A DNA stretch of 64,000 nucleotides from Eledone cirrhosa (taxonomy: Eukaryota). The notes under the pieces were generated by a model. That model did no database searches, had not been told where the DNA came from, and worked only from the letters and a program-made list of their open reading frames with translations. The stretch is from positions 20,274,001 through 20,338,000 of the forward strand of contig OZ024754.1 in assembly GCA_964016885.1 (NCBI GenBank). Reading direction: 5' to 3'. Shown here one piece after another: positions 15,001 to 30,000 of the stretch; within the stretch, counting starts at the first letter, position 1; the number at the start of each line of letters is the position of its first letter. A program made the translations under genes and the position numbers.

Positions 15001-18000
15001 CTTTAGTTTCAACACAGTCTCAGATCAAGTTACTTGCCAGACATGTACAACCGTGGCTAAAATGACTCTTCCATGATATAGTTACTTTAGTTTCAACACA
15101 ATCTCAGATCAAGTCACTTGCCAGACATGTACAACTGTGGCTAAAATGACTCTTCCATGATATAGTTACTTTAGTTTCAACACAGTCTCAGATCAAGTCA
15201 CTTGCCAGACATGTACAACTGTGGCTAAAATGACTCTTCCATGATATAGTTACTTTAGTTTCAACACAATCTCAGATCAGGTCACTTGCCAGACATGTAC
15301 AACTGTGGCTAAAATGACGCTTCCATGATATAGTTACTTTAGTTTCAACACAATCTCAGATCAAGTCACTTGCCAGACATGTACAACTGTGGCTAAAATC
15401 GCTCTTCCATGATATAGTTACTTTAGTTTCAACACAATCTCAGATCAAGTCACTTGCCAGACATGTACAACTGTGGCTAAAATGACTCTTCCATGATATA
15501 GTTACTTTAGTTTCAACACTGTCTTAGATCAAGTCACTTGCCAGACTGTGGCTAAAATGACTCTTCCATGATATAGTTACTTTAGTTTCAAAACAGTCTC
15601 AGATCAAGTCACTTGCCAGACATGTACAACTGTGGCTAAAATGACTCTTCCATGATATAGTTACTTTGGTTTCAACACAGTCTCAGATCAAGTCACTTGC
15701 CAGACATGTACAACTGTGGCTAAAATGACTCTTCCATGATATAGTTACTTTAGTTTCAACACAGTCTCAGATCAAATCACTTGCCAGACATGTACAACTG
15801 TGGCTAAAATGACTCTTCCCTGATATCGTTACTTTAGTTTCAACACAGTCTCAGATCAAGTCACTTGCCAGACATGTACAACTGTGGCTAAAATGACTCT
15901 TCCATGATATAGTTACTTTAGTTTCAACACAGTCTCAGATCAAGTCACTTGTCATACATGTACAACTGTGGCTAAAATGACTCTTCCATGATATAGTTAC
16001 TTTAGTTTCAACACAGTCACAGATCAAGTCACTTGCCAGTCATGTACAACTATGGCTAAAATGACTCTTCCATGATATAGTTACTTTAGTTTCAACACAG
16101 TCACAGATCAAGTCACTTGCCAGACATGTACAACTGTGGCTAATATGAATCTTCCATGATATAGTTACTTTAGTTTCAACACAGTCTCAGATCAGGTCAC
16201 TTGCCAAACATGAACAACTGTGGCTAAAATGACTCTTCCATGATATAGTTACTTTAGTTTCAACACTGTCTTAGATCTAGTCACTTGCCAGACTGTGGCT
16301 AAAATGAATCTTCCATGATATAGTTACTTTAGTTTCAAAACAGTCTCAGATCAAGTCACTTGCCAGACATGTACATCTGTGGCTAAAATGACTCTTCCAT
16401 GATATAGTTACTTTAGCTTCAACACAGTCTCAGATCAAGTCACTTACCAGACATGTACAACTGTGGCTAAAATGACTCTTCCATGATATAGTTACTATAG
16501 TTTCAACACACTCTCAGATCAAGTCACTTGCCAGACATGTACAACTGTGGCTAAAATGACTCTTCCATGATATAGTTACTTTAGTTTCAACACAGTCTCA
16601 GATCAAGTCACTTGCCAGACATGTACAACTGTGGCTAAAATGACTCTTCCATGATATAGTTACTTTAGTTTCAACACAGTCACAGATCAAGTCACTTGCC
16701 AGACATGTACAACTATGGCTAAAATGACTCTTCCATGATATAGTTACTTTAGTTTCAACACAATCTCAGATCAAGTCACTTGCCAGACATATACAACTGT
16801 GGCTAAAATGACTCTTCCGTGATATATTTACTTTAGTTTCAACACAGTCTCAGATCAAGTCACTTGTCATACATGTACAACTGTGGCTAAAATGACTCTT
16901 CCATGATATAGTTACTTTAGTTTCAACACAATCTCAGATCAAGTCACTTGCCAGACATGTACAACTGTGGCTAAAGTGACTCTTCCATGATATAGTTACT
17001 TTAGTTTCAACACAGTCACAGATCAAGTCACTTGCGAGACATGTACAACTGTGGCTAAAATGACTCTTCCATGATATAGTTACTTTAGTTTCAACACAAT
17101 CTCAGATCAGGTCACTTGCCAGACATGTACAACTGTGGCTAAAATGACTCTTCCATGATATAGTTACTTTAGTTTCAACACAATCTCAGATCCAGTCACT
17201 TGCGAGACATGTACAACTGTGGCTAAAATGACTCTTCCATGATATAGTTACTTTAGTTCCAACACAGTCTTAGATCAAGTCACTTGCCAGACTGTGGCTA
17301 AAATGACTCTTCCATGATATAGTTACTTTAGTTTCAACACAGTCTCAGATCAAGTTACTTGCCAGACATGTACAACTGTGGCTAAAATGACTCTTCCATG
17401 ATATAGTTACTTTAGGTTCAACACAATCTCAGATCAAGTCACTTGCCAGACATGTACAACTGTGGCTAAAATGACTCTTCCATGATATAGTTACTTTAGT
17501 TTCAACACAGTCTCAGATCAAGTCACTTGCCAGACATGTACAACTGTGGCTAAAATGACTCTTCCATGATATAGTTACTTTAGTTTCAACACAGTCTCAG
17601 ATCAAGTCACTTGCCAGACATGTACAACTGTGGCTAAAATGACTCTTCCATGATATAGTTACTTTAGTTTCAACACAATCTCAGATCAGGTCACTTGCCA
17701 GACATGTACAACTGTGGCTAAAATGACGCTTCCATGATATAGTTACTTTAGTTTCAACACAATCTCAGATCAAGTCACTTACCAGACATGTACAACAGTG
17801 GGTAAAATGACTCTTCCATGATATAGTTACTTTAGTTTCAACACTGTCTTAGATCTAGTCACTTGCCAGACATGTACAACTATGGCTAAAATGACTCTTC
17901 CATGATATAGTTACTTTAGTTTCAACACAATCTCAGATCAAGTCACTTGCCAGACATATACAACTGTGGCTAAAATGACTCTTCCGTGATATATTTACTT

Positions 18001-21000
18001 TAGTTTCAACACAGTCTCAGATCAAGTCACTTGTCATACATGTACAACTGTGGCTAAAATGACTCTTCCATGATATAGTTACTTTAGTTTCAACACAATC
18101 TCAGATCAAGTCACTTGCCAGACATGTACAACTGTGGCTAAAGTGACTCTTCCATGATATAGTTACTTTAGTTTCAACACAGTCACAGATCAAGTCACTT
18201 GCGAGACATGTACAACTGTGGCTAAAATGACTCTTCCATGATATAGTTACTTTAGTTTCAACACAATCTCAGATCAGGTCACTTGCCAGACATGTACAAC
18301 TGTGGCTAAAATGACTCTTCCATGATATAGTTACTTTAGTTTCAACACAGTCACAGATCAAGTCACTTGCCAGACATGTACAACTGTGGCTAAAATGACT
18401 CTTCCATGATATAGTTACTTTAGTTTCAACACAATCTCAGATCCAGTCACTTGCGAGACATGTACAACTGTGGCTAAAATGACTCTTCCATGATATAGTT
18501 ACTTTAGTTCCAACACAGTCTTAGATCAAGTCACTTGCCAGACTGTGGCTAAAATGACTCTTCCATGATATAGTTACTTTAGTTTCAACACAGTCTCAGA
18601 TCAAGTTACTTGCCAGACATGTACAACTGTGGCTAAAATGACTCTTCCATGATATAGTTACTTTAGTTTCAACACAATCTCAGATCAAGTCACTTGCCAG
18701 ACATGTACAACTGTGGCTAAAATGACTCTTCCATGATATAGTTACTTTAGTTTCAACACAGTCTCAGATCAAGTCACTTGCCAGACATGTACAACTGTGG
18801 CTAAAATGACTCTTCCATGATATAGTTACTTTAGTTTCAACACAATCTCAGATCAAGTCACTTGCCAGACATGTACAACTGTGGCTAAAATGACTCTTCC
18901 ATGATATAGTTACTTTAGTTTCAACACAATCTCAGATCAGGTCACTTGCCAGACATGTACAACTGTGGCTAAAATGACGCTTCCATGATATAGTTACTTT
19001 AGTTTCAACACAATCTCAGATCAAGTCACTTACCAGACATGTACAACAGTGGCTAAAATGACTCTTCCATGATATAGTTACTTTAGTTTCAACACTGTCA
19101 CAGATCAAGTCACTTGCCAGACATGTACAACTGTGGCTAAAATGACTCTTCTGTGATATAGTTACTTTAGTTTCAACACAGTCTCAGATCAAGTCACTTG
19201 TCATACATGTACAACTGTGGCTAAAATGACTCTTCCATGATATAGTTACTTTAGTTTCAACACAGTCACAGATCAAGTCACTTGCCAGACATGTACAACT
19301 ATGGCTAAAATGACTCTTCCATGATATAGTTACTTTAGTTTCAACACAATCTCAGATCAAGTCACTTGCCAGACATGTACAACTGTGGCTAAAGTGACTC
19401 TTCCATGATATAGTTACTTTAGTTTCAACACAGTCACAGATCAAGTCACTTGCGAGACATGTACAACTGTGTCTAAAATGACTCTTCCATGATATAGTTA
19501 CTTTAGTTTCAACACAATCTCAGATCAGGTCACTTGCCAGACATGTACAACTGTGGCTAAAATGACTCTTCCATGATATAGTTACTTTAGTTTCAACACA
19601 GTCACAGATCAAGTCACTTGCCAGACATGTACAACTGTGGCTAAAATGACTCTTCCATGATATAGTTACTTTAGTTTCAACACAATCTTAGATCCAGTCA
19701 CTTGCGAGACATGTACAACTGTGGCTAAAATGACTCTTCCATGATATAGTTACTTTAGTTCCAACACAGTCTTAGATCAAGTTACTTGCCAGACTGTGGC
19801 TAAAATGACTCTTCCATGATATAGTTACTTTAGTTTCAACACAGTCTCAGATCAAGTTACTTGCCAGACATGTACAACTGTGGCTAAAATGACTCTTCCA
19901 TGATATAGTTACTTTAGTTTCAACACAATCTCAGATCAAGTCACTTGCCAGACATGTACAACTGTGGCTAAAATGACTCTTCCATGATATAGTTACTTTA
20001 GTTTCAACACAGTCTCAGATCAAGTCACTTGCCAGACATGTACAACTGTGGCTAAAATGACTCTTCCATGATATAGTTACTTTAGTTTCAACACAATCTC
20101 AGATCAGGTCACTTGCCAGACATGTACAACTGTGGCTAAAATGACGCTTCCATGATATAGTTACTTTAGTTTCAACACAATCTCAGATCAAGTCACTTAC
20201 CAGACATGTACAACAGTGGGTAAAATGACTCTTCCATGATATAGTTACTTTAGTTTCAACACTGTCTTAGATCTAGTCACTTGCCAGACTGTGGCTAAAA
20301 TGACTCTTCCATGATATAGTTACTTTAGTTTCAAAACAGTCTCAGATCAAGTCACTTGCCAGACATGTACATCTGTGGCTAAAATGACTCTTCCATGATA
20401 TAGTTACTTTAGTTTCAACACAGTCTCAGATCAAGTCACTTGCCAGACATGTACAACTGTTGCTAAAATGACTCTTCCATGATATAGTTACTTTAGTTTC
20501 AACACAATCTCAGATCAAGTCACTTACCAGACATGTACAACAGTGGCTAAATGACTCTTCCATGATATAGTTACTTTAGTTTCAACACAGTTTCAGATCA
20601 AGTCACTTGCCAGACATGTACAACTGTGGCTAAAATGACTCTTCCATGATATAGTTACTTTAGTTTCAACACAGTCACAGATCAAGTCACTTGCCAGACA
20701 TGTACAACTATGGCTAAAATGACTCTTCCATGATATAGTTACTTTAGTTTCAACACAATCTCAGATCAAGTCACTTGCCAGACATATACAACTGTGGCTA
20801 AAATGACTCTTCCGTGATATAGTTACTTTAGTTTCAACACAGTCTCAGATCTAGTCACTTGTCATACATGTACAACTGTGGCTAAAATGACTCTTCCATG
20901 ATATAGTTACTTTAGTTTCAACACAGTTTCAGATGAAGTCACTTGCCAGACATGTACAACTGTGGCTAAAATGACTCTTCAATGATATAATTACTTTTGT

Positions 21001-24000
21001 TTCAACACAGTCACAGATCAAGTCACTTGCCAGACATGTACAACTATGGCTAAAATGACTCTTCCATGATATAGTTACTTTAGTTTCAACACAGTCTCAG
21101 ATCAAGTCACTTGCCAGACATGTACAACTGTGGCTAAAGTGACTCTTCCATGATATAGTTACTTTAGTTTCAACACAGTCACAGATCAAGTCACTTGCCA
21201 GACATGTACAACTGTGGCTAAAATGACTCTTCCATGATATAGTTACTTTAGTTTCAACACAGTCACAGATCAAGTCACTTGCCAGACATGTACAACTGTG
21301 GCTAAAATGACTCTTCCATGATATATTTACTTTAGTTTCAACACAGTCTCAGATCAGGTCACTTGCCAAACATGAACAACTGTGGCTAAAATGACTCTTC
21401 CATGATATAGTTACTTTAGTTTCAACACTGTCTTAGATCTAGTCACTTGCCAGACTGTGGCTAAAATGACTCTACCATGATATAGTTACTTTAGTTTCAA
21501 AACAGTCTCAGATCAAGTCACTTGCCAGACATGTACATCTGTGGCTAAAATGACTCTTCCATGATATAGTTACTTTAGCTTCAACACAGTCTCAGATCAA
21601 GTCACTTGCCAGACATGTACAACTGTGGCTAAAATGACTCTTCCATGATATAGTTACTATAGTTTCAACACACTCTCAGATCAAGTCACTTGCCAGACAT
21701 GTACAACTGTGGCTAAAATTACTCTTCCATGATATAGTTACTTTAGTTTCAACACAGTCTCAGATCAAGTCACTTGCCAGACATGTAGAACTGTGGCTAA
21801 AATGACTCTTCCATGATATAGTTACTTTAGTTTCAACACAGTCACAGATCAAGTCACTTGCCAGACATGTACAACTATGGCTAAAATGACTCTTCCATGA
21901 TATAGTTACTTTAGTTTCAACACAATCTCAGATCAAGTCACTTGCCAGACATGTACAACTGTGGCTAAAATGACTCTTCCATGATATAGTTACTTTAGTT
22001 TCAACACAGTCACAGATCAAGTCACTTGCCAGACATGTACAACTGTGGCTAAAATGACTCTTCTGTGATATAGTTACTTTAGTTTCAACACAGTCTCAGA
22101 TCAAGTCACTTGTCATACATGTACAACTGTGGCTAAAATGACTCTTCCATGATATAGTTACTTTAGTTTCAACACAGTCACAGATCAAGTCACTTGCCAG
22201 ACATGTACAACTGTGGCTAAAGTGACTCTTCCATGATATAGTTACTTTAGTTTCAACACAGTCACAGATCAAGTCACTTGCGAGACATGTACAACTGTGG
22301 CTAAAATGACTCTTCCATGATATAGTTACTTTAGTTTCAACACAATCTCAGATCAGGTCACTTGCCAGACATGTACAACTGTGGCTAAAATGACTCTTCC
22401 ATGATATAGTTACTTTAGTTTCAACACAGTCACAGATCAAGTCACTTGCCAGACATGTACAACTGTGGCTAAAATGACTCTTCCATGATATAGTTACTTT
22501 AGTTTCAACACAATCTCAGATCCAGTCACTTGCGAGACATGTACAACTGTGGCTAAAATGACTCTTCCATGATATAGTTACTTTAGTTCCAACACAGTCT
22601 TAGATCAAGTCACTTGCCAGACTGTGGCTAAAATGACTCTTCCATGATATAGTTACTTTAGTTTCAACACAGTCTCAGATCAAGTTACTTGCCAGACATG
22701 TACAACTGTGGCTAAAATGACTCTTCCATGATATAGTTACTTTAGTTTCAACACAATCTCAGATCAAGTCACTTGCCAGACATGTACAACTGTGGCTAAA
22801 ATGACTCTTCCATGATATAGTTACTTTAGTTTCAACACAGTCTCAGATCAAGTCACTTGCCAGACATGTACAACTGTGGCTAAAATGACTCTTCCATGAT
22901 ATAGTTACTTTAGTTTCAACACAGTCTCAGATCAAGTCACTTGCCAGACATGTACAACTGTGGCTAAAATGACTCTTCCATGATATAGTTACTTTAGTTT
23001 CAACACAATCTCAGATCAGGTCACTTGCCAGACATGTACAACTGTGGCTAAAATGACGCTTCCATGATATAGTTACTTTAGTTTCAACACAATCTCAGAT
23101 CAAGTCACTTACCAGACATGTACAACAGTGGCTAAAATGACTCTTCCATGATATAGTTACTTTAGTTTCAACACTGTCACAGATCAAGTCACTTGCCAGA
23201 CATGTACAACTGTGGCTAAAATGACTCTTCTGTGATATAGTTACTTTAGTTTCAACACAGTCTCAGATCAAGTCACTTGTCATACATGTACAACTGTGGC
23301 TAAAATGACTCTTCCATGATATAGCTACTTTAGTTTCAACACAGTTACAGATCAAGTCACTTGCCAGACATGTACAACTGTGGCTAAAATGACTCTTCCA
23401 TGATATAGTTACTTTAGTTTCAACACAATCTCAGATCAAGTCACTTGCCAGACATGTACAACTGTGGCTAAAGTGACTCTTCCATGATATAGTTACTTTA
23501 GTTTCAACACAGTCACAGATCAAGTCACTTGCGAGACATGTACAACTGTGTCTAAAATGACTCTTCCATGATATAGTTACTTTAGTTTCAACACAATCTC
23601 AGATCAGGTCACTTGCCAGACATGTACAACTGTGGCTAAAATGACTCTTCCATGATATAGTTACTTTAGTTTCAACACAGTCACAGATCAAGTCACTTGC
23701 CAGACATGTACAACTGTGGCTAAAATGACTCTTCCATGATATAGTTACTTTAGTTTCAACACAATCTCAGATCCAGTCACTTGCGAGACATGTACAACTG
23801 TGGCTAAAATGACTCTTCCATGATATAGTTACTTTAGTTCCAACACAGTCTTAGATCAAGATACTTGCCAGACTGTGGCTAAAATGACTCTTCCATGATA
23901 TAGTTACTTTAGTTTCAACACAGTCTCAGATCAAGTTACTTGCCAGACATGTACAACTGTGGCTAAAATGACTCTTCCATGATATAGTTACTTTAGTTTC

Positions 24001-27000
24001 AACACAATCTCAGATCAAGTCACTTGCCAGACATGTACAACTGTGGCTAAAATGACTCTTCCATGATATAGTTACTTTAGTTTCAACACAGTCTCAGATC
24101 AAGTCACTTGCCAGACATGTACAACTGTGGCTAAAATGACTCTTCCATGATATAGTTACTTTAGTTTCAACACAATCTCAGATCAGGTCACTTGCCAGAC
24201 ATGTACAACTGTGGCTAAAATGACGCTTCCATGATATAGTTACTTAGTTTCAACACAATCTCAGATCAAGTCACTTACCAGACATGTACAACAGTGGGTA
24301 AAATGACTCTTCCATGATATAGTTACTTTAGTTTCAACACTGTCTTAGATCTAGTCACTTGCCAGACTGTGGCTAAAATGACTCTTCCATGATATAGTTA
24401 CTTTAGTTTCAAAACAGTCTCAGATCAAGTCACTTGCCAGACATGTACATCTGTTGCTAAAATGACTCTTCCATGATATAGTTACTTTAGTTTCAACACA
24501 GTCTCAGATCAAGTCACTTGCCAGACATGTACAACTGTGGCTAAAATGACTCTTCCATGATATAGTTACTTTAGTTTCAACACAGTCACAGATGAAGTCA
24601 CTTGCCAGACATGTACAACTGAGGCTAAAATGACTCTTCCATGATATAGTTACTTTAGTTTCAACACAATCTCAGATCAAGTCACTTACCAGATATGTAC
24701 AACAGTGGCTAAAATGACTCTTCCATGATATAGTTACTTTAGTTTCAACACAGTTTCAGATCAAGTCACTTGCCAGACATGTACAACTGTGGCTAAAATG
24801 ACTCTTCCATGATATAGTTACTTTAGTTTCAACACAGTCACAGATCAAGTCACTTGCCAGACATGTACAACTATGGCTAAAATGACTCTTCCATGATATA
24901 GTTACTTTAGTTTCAACACAATCTCAGATCAAGTCACTTGCCAGACATGTACAACTGTGGCTAAAATGACTCTTCCATGATATAGTTACTTTAGTTTCAA
25001 CACAGTCTCAGATCAAGATACTTGCCAGACTGTGGCTAAAATGACTCTTCCATGATATAGTTACTTTAGTTTCAACACAGTCTCAGATCAAGTTACTTGC
25101 CAGACATGTACAACTGTGGCTAAAATGACTCTTCCATGATATAGTTACTTTAGTTTCAACACAATCTCAGATCAAGTCACTTGCCAGACATGTACAACTG
25201 TGGCTAAAATGACTCTTCCATGATATAGTTACTTTAGTTTCAACACAGTCTCAGATCAAGTCACTTGCCAGACATGTACAACTGTGGCTAAAATGACTCT
25301 TCCATGATATAGTTACTTTAGTTTCAACACAATCTCAGATCAGGTCACTTGCCAGACATGTACAACTGTGGCTAAAATGACGCTTCCATGATATAGTTAC
25401 TTTAGTTTCAACACAATCTCAGATCAAGTCACTTACCAGACATGTACAACAGTGGGTAAAATGACTCTTCCATGATATAGTTACTTTAGTTTCAACACTG
25501 TCTTAGATCTAGTCACTTGCCAGACTGTGGCTAAAATGACTCTTCCATGATATAGTTACTTTAGTTTCAAAACAGTCTCAGATCAAGTCACTTGCCAGAC
25601 ATGTACATCTGTGGCTAAAATGACTCTTCCATGATATAGTTACTTTAGTTTCAACACAGTCTCAGATCAAGTCACTTGCCAGACATGTACAACTGTTGCT
25701 AAAATGACTCTTCCATGATATAGTTACTTTAGTTTCAACACAGTCTCAGATCAAGTCACTTGCCAGACATGTACAACTGTGGCTAAAATGACTCTTCCAT
25801 GATATAGTTACTTTAGTTTCAACACAGTCACAGATGAAGTCACTTGCCAGACATGTACAACTGAGGCTAAAATGACTCTTCCATGATATAGTTACTTTAG
25901 TTTCAACACAATCTCAGATCAAGTCACTTACCAGACATGTACAACAGTGGCTAAAATGACTCTTCCATGATATAGTTACTTTAGTTTCAACACAGTTTCA
26001 GATCAAGTCACTTGCCAGACATGTACAACTGTGGCTAAAATGACTCTTCCATGATATAGTTACTTTAGTTTCAACACAGTCACAGATCAAGTCACTTGCC
26101 AGACATGTACAACTATGGCTAAAATGACTCTTCCATGATATAGTTACTTTAGTTTCAACACAATCTCAGATCAAGTCACTTGCCAGACATATACAACTGT
26201 GGCTAAAATGACTCTTCCGTGATATAGTTACTTTAGTTTCAACACAGTCTCAGATCAAGTCACTTGTCATACATGTACAACTGTGGCTAAAATGACTCTT
26301 CCATGATATAGTTACTTTAGTTTCAACACAGTTTCAGATGAAGTCACTTGCCAGACATGTACAACTGTGGCTAAAATGACTCTTCAATGATATAATTACT
26401 TTTGTTTCAACACAGTCACAGATCAAGTCACTTGCCAGACATGTACAACTATGGCTAAAATGACTCTTCCATGATATAGTTACTTTAGTTTCAACACAGT
26501 CTCAGATCAGGTCACTTGCCAAACATGAACAACTGTGGCTAAAATGACTCTTCCATGATATAGTTACTTTAGTTTCAACACAATCTCAGATCCAGTCACT
26601 TGCGAGACATGTACAACTGTGGATAAAATGACTCTTCCATGATATAGTTACTTTAGTTTCAACACAGTCTTAGATCAAGTCACTTGCCAGACTGTGGCTA
26701 AAATGACTCTTCCATGATATAGTTACTTTAGTTTCAACACAGTCTCAGATCAAGTTACTTAACAGACATGTACAACTGTGGCTAAAATGACTCTTCCATG
26801 ATATAGTTACTTTAGTTTCAACACAATCTCAGATCAAGTCACCTGCCAGACATGTACAACTGTGGCTAAAATGATTCTTCCATGATATAGTTACTTTAGT
26901 TTCAACACAGTCTCAGATCAAGTCACTTGCCAGACATGTACAACTGTGGCTAAAATGACTCTTACATGATATAGTTACTTTAGTTTCAACACAGTCTCAG

Positions 27001-30000
27001 ATCAAGTCACTTGCCAGACATGTACAACTGTGGCTAAAATGACTCTTCCATGATATAGTTACTTTAGTTTCAACACAATCTCAGATCCAGTCACTTGCCA
27101 GACATGTACAACTGTGGCTAAAATGACTCTTCCATGATATACTTACTTTAGTTTCAACACAGTCTCAGATGAAGTCACTTGCCAGACATGTACAACTGAG
27201 GCTAAAATGACTCTTCCACGATATAGTTACTTTAGTTTCAACACAATCTCAGATCAAGTCACTTGCCAGACATGTACAACTGTGGCTAAAATCGCTCTTC
27301 CATGATATAGTTACTTTAGTTTCAACACAATCTCAGATGAAGTCACTTGCCAGACATGTACATCTGTGGCTAAAATCGCTCTTCCATGATATAGTTACTT
27401 TAGTTTCAACACAGTCTCAGATCAAATCAGTTGCCAGACATGTACAACTGTGGCTAAAATGTCTCTTCCATGATATAGTTACTTTAGTTTCAACACAGTC
27501 GCAGATCAGGTCACTTGCCAGACATGTACAACTGAGGCTAAAATGACTCTTCCATGATATAGTTACTTTAGTTTCAACACAATCTCAGATCAAGTCACTT
27601 GCCAGACATGTACAACCGTAGCTAAAGTGACTCTTCCATGATATAGTTACTTTAGTTTCAACACTGTCTTAGGTCTAGTCACTTGCCAGACTGTGGCTAA
27701 AATGACTCTTCCATGATATAGTTACGTTAGTTTCAAAACAGTCTCAGATCAAGTCACTTGCCAGACATGTACATCTGTGGCTAAAATGACTCTTCCATGA
27801 TATAGTTACTTTAGTTTCAACACAGTCTCAGATCAAGTCACTTGCCAGACATGTACAACTGTGCTTAAAATGACTCTTCCATGATATAGTTACTATAGTT
27901 TCAACACAGTCTCAGATCAAGTCACTTGCCAGACATGTGCAACTGTGGCTAAAATGACTCTTCCCTGATATAGTTACTTTAGTTTCAACACAGTCTCAGA
28001 TCAAGTCACTTGCCAGACATGTACAACTGTGGCTAAAATGACTCTTCCATGATATAGTTACTTTAGTTTCAACACAGTCACAGATGAAGTCACTTGCCAG
28101 ACATGTACAACTGAGGCTAAAATGACTCTTCCATGATATAGTTACTTTAGTTTCAACACAATCTCAGATCAAGTCACTTACCAGACATGTACAACAGTGG
28201 CTAAAATGACTCTTCCATGATATAGTTACTTTAGTTTCAACACAGTTTCAGATCAAGTCACTTGCCAGACATGTACAACTGTGGCTAAAATGACTCTTCC
28301 ATGATATAGTTACTTTAGTTTCAACACAGTCACAGATCAGGTCACTTGCCAGACATGTACAACTGTGGCTAAAATGACTCTTCCATGATATAGTTACTTT
28401 AGTTTCAACACAGTCACAGATCAAGTCACTTGCCAGACATGTACAACTGTGGCTAAAATGACTCTTCCATGATATAGTTACTTTAGTTTCAACACAATCT
28501 CAGATCAAGTCACTTGCCAGACATGTACAACTGTGGCTAAAATGACTCTTCCATGATATAGTTACTTTAGTTTCAACACAGTCACAGATGAAGTCACTTG
28601 CCAGACATGTACAACTGAGGCTAAAATGACTCTTCCATGATATAGTTACTTTAGTTTCAACACAATCTCAGATCAAGTCACTTACCAGACATGTACAACA
28701 GTGGCTAAAATGACTCTTCCATGATATAGTTACTTTAGTTTCAACACAGTTTCAGATCAAGTCACTTGCCAGATATGTACAACTGTGGCTAAAATGACTC
28801 TTCCATGATATAGTTACTTTAGTTTCAACACAGTCACAGATCAGGTCACTTGCCAGACATGTACAACTGTGGCTAAAATGACTCTTCCATGATATAGTTA
28901 CTTTAGTTTCAACACAGTCACAGATCAAGTCACTTGCCAGACATGTACAACTGTGGCTAAAATGACTCTTCCATGATATAGTTACTTTAGTTTCAACACA
29001 ATCTCAGATCAAGTCACTTGCCAGACATGTACAACTGTGGCTAAAATGACGCTTCCATGATATAGTTACTTTAGTTTCAACACAATCTCAGATCAAGTCA
29101 CTTGCCAGACATGTACAACAGTGGCTAAAATGACTCTTCCATGATATAGTTACTTTAGTTTCAACACAGTTTCAGATCAAGTCACTTGCCAGACATGTAC
29201 AACTGTGGCTAAAATGACTCTTCCATGATATAGTTACTTTAGTTTCAACACAGTCACAGATCAGGTCACTTGCCAGACATGTACAACTGTGGCTAAAATG
29301 ACTCTTCCATGATATAGTTACTTTAGTTTCAACACAGTCACAGATCAAGTCACTTGCCAGACATGTACAACTGTGGCTAAAATGACTCTTCCATGATATA
29401 GTTACTTTAGTTTCAACACAATCTCAGATCAAGTCACTTGCCAGACATGTACAACTGTGGCTAAAATGACTCTTCCATGATATAGTTACTTTAGTTTCAA
29501 CACAGTCACAGATGAAGTCACTTGCCAGACATGTACAACTGAGGCTAAAATGACTCTTCCATGATATAGTTACTTTAGTTTCAACACAATCTCAGATCAA
29601 GTCACTTACCAGACATGTACAACAGTGGCTAAAATGACTCTTCCATGATATAGTTACTTTAGTTTCAACACAGTTTCAGATCAAGTCACTTGCCAGATAT
29701 GTACAACTGTGGCTAAAATGACTCTTCCATGATATAGTTACTTTAGTTTCAACACAGTCACAGATCAGGTCACTTGCCAGACATGTACAACTGTGGCTAA
29801 AATGACTCTTCCATGATATAGTTACTTTAGTTTCAACACAGTCACAGATCAAGTCACTTGCCAGACATGTACAACTGTGGCTAAAATGACTCTTCCATGA
29901 TATAGTTACTTTAGTTTCAACACAATCTCAGATCAAGTCACTTGCCAGACATGTACAACTGTGGCTAAAATGACGCTTCCATGATATAGTTACTTTAGTT

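Noticed and set aside
4614-27546. Five 69-aa ORFs (MKSLARHVHLWLK...)
   Set aside because: They arise where adjacent satellite variants lose the TGA; they mark duplicated blocks, not genes.
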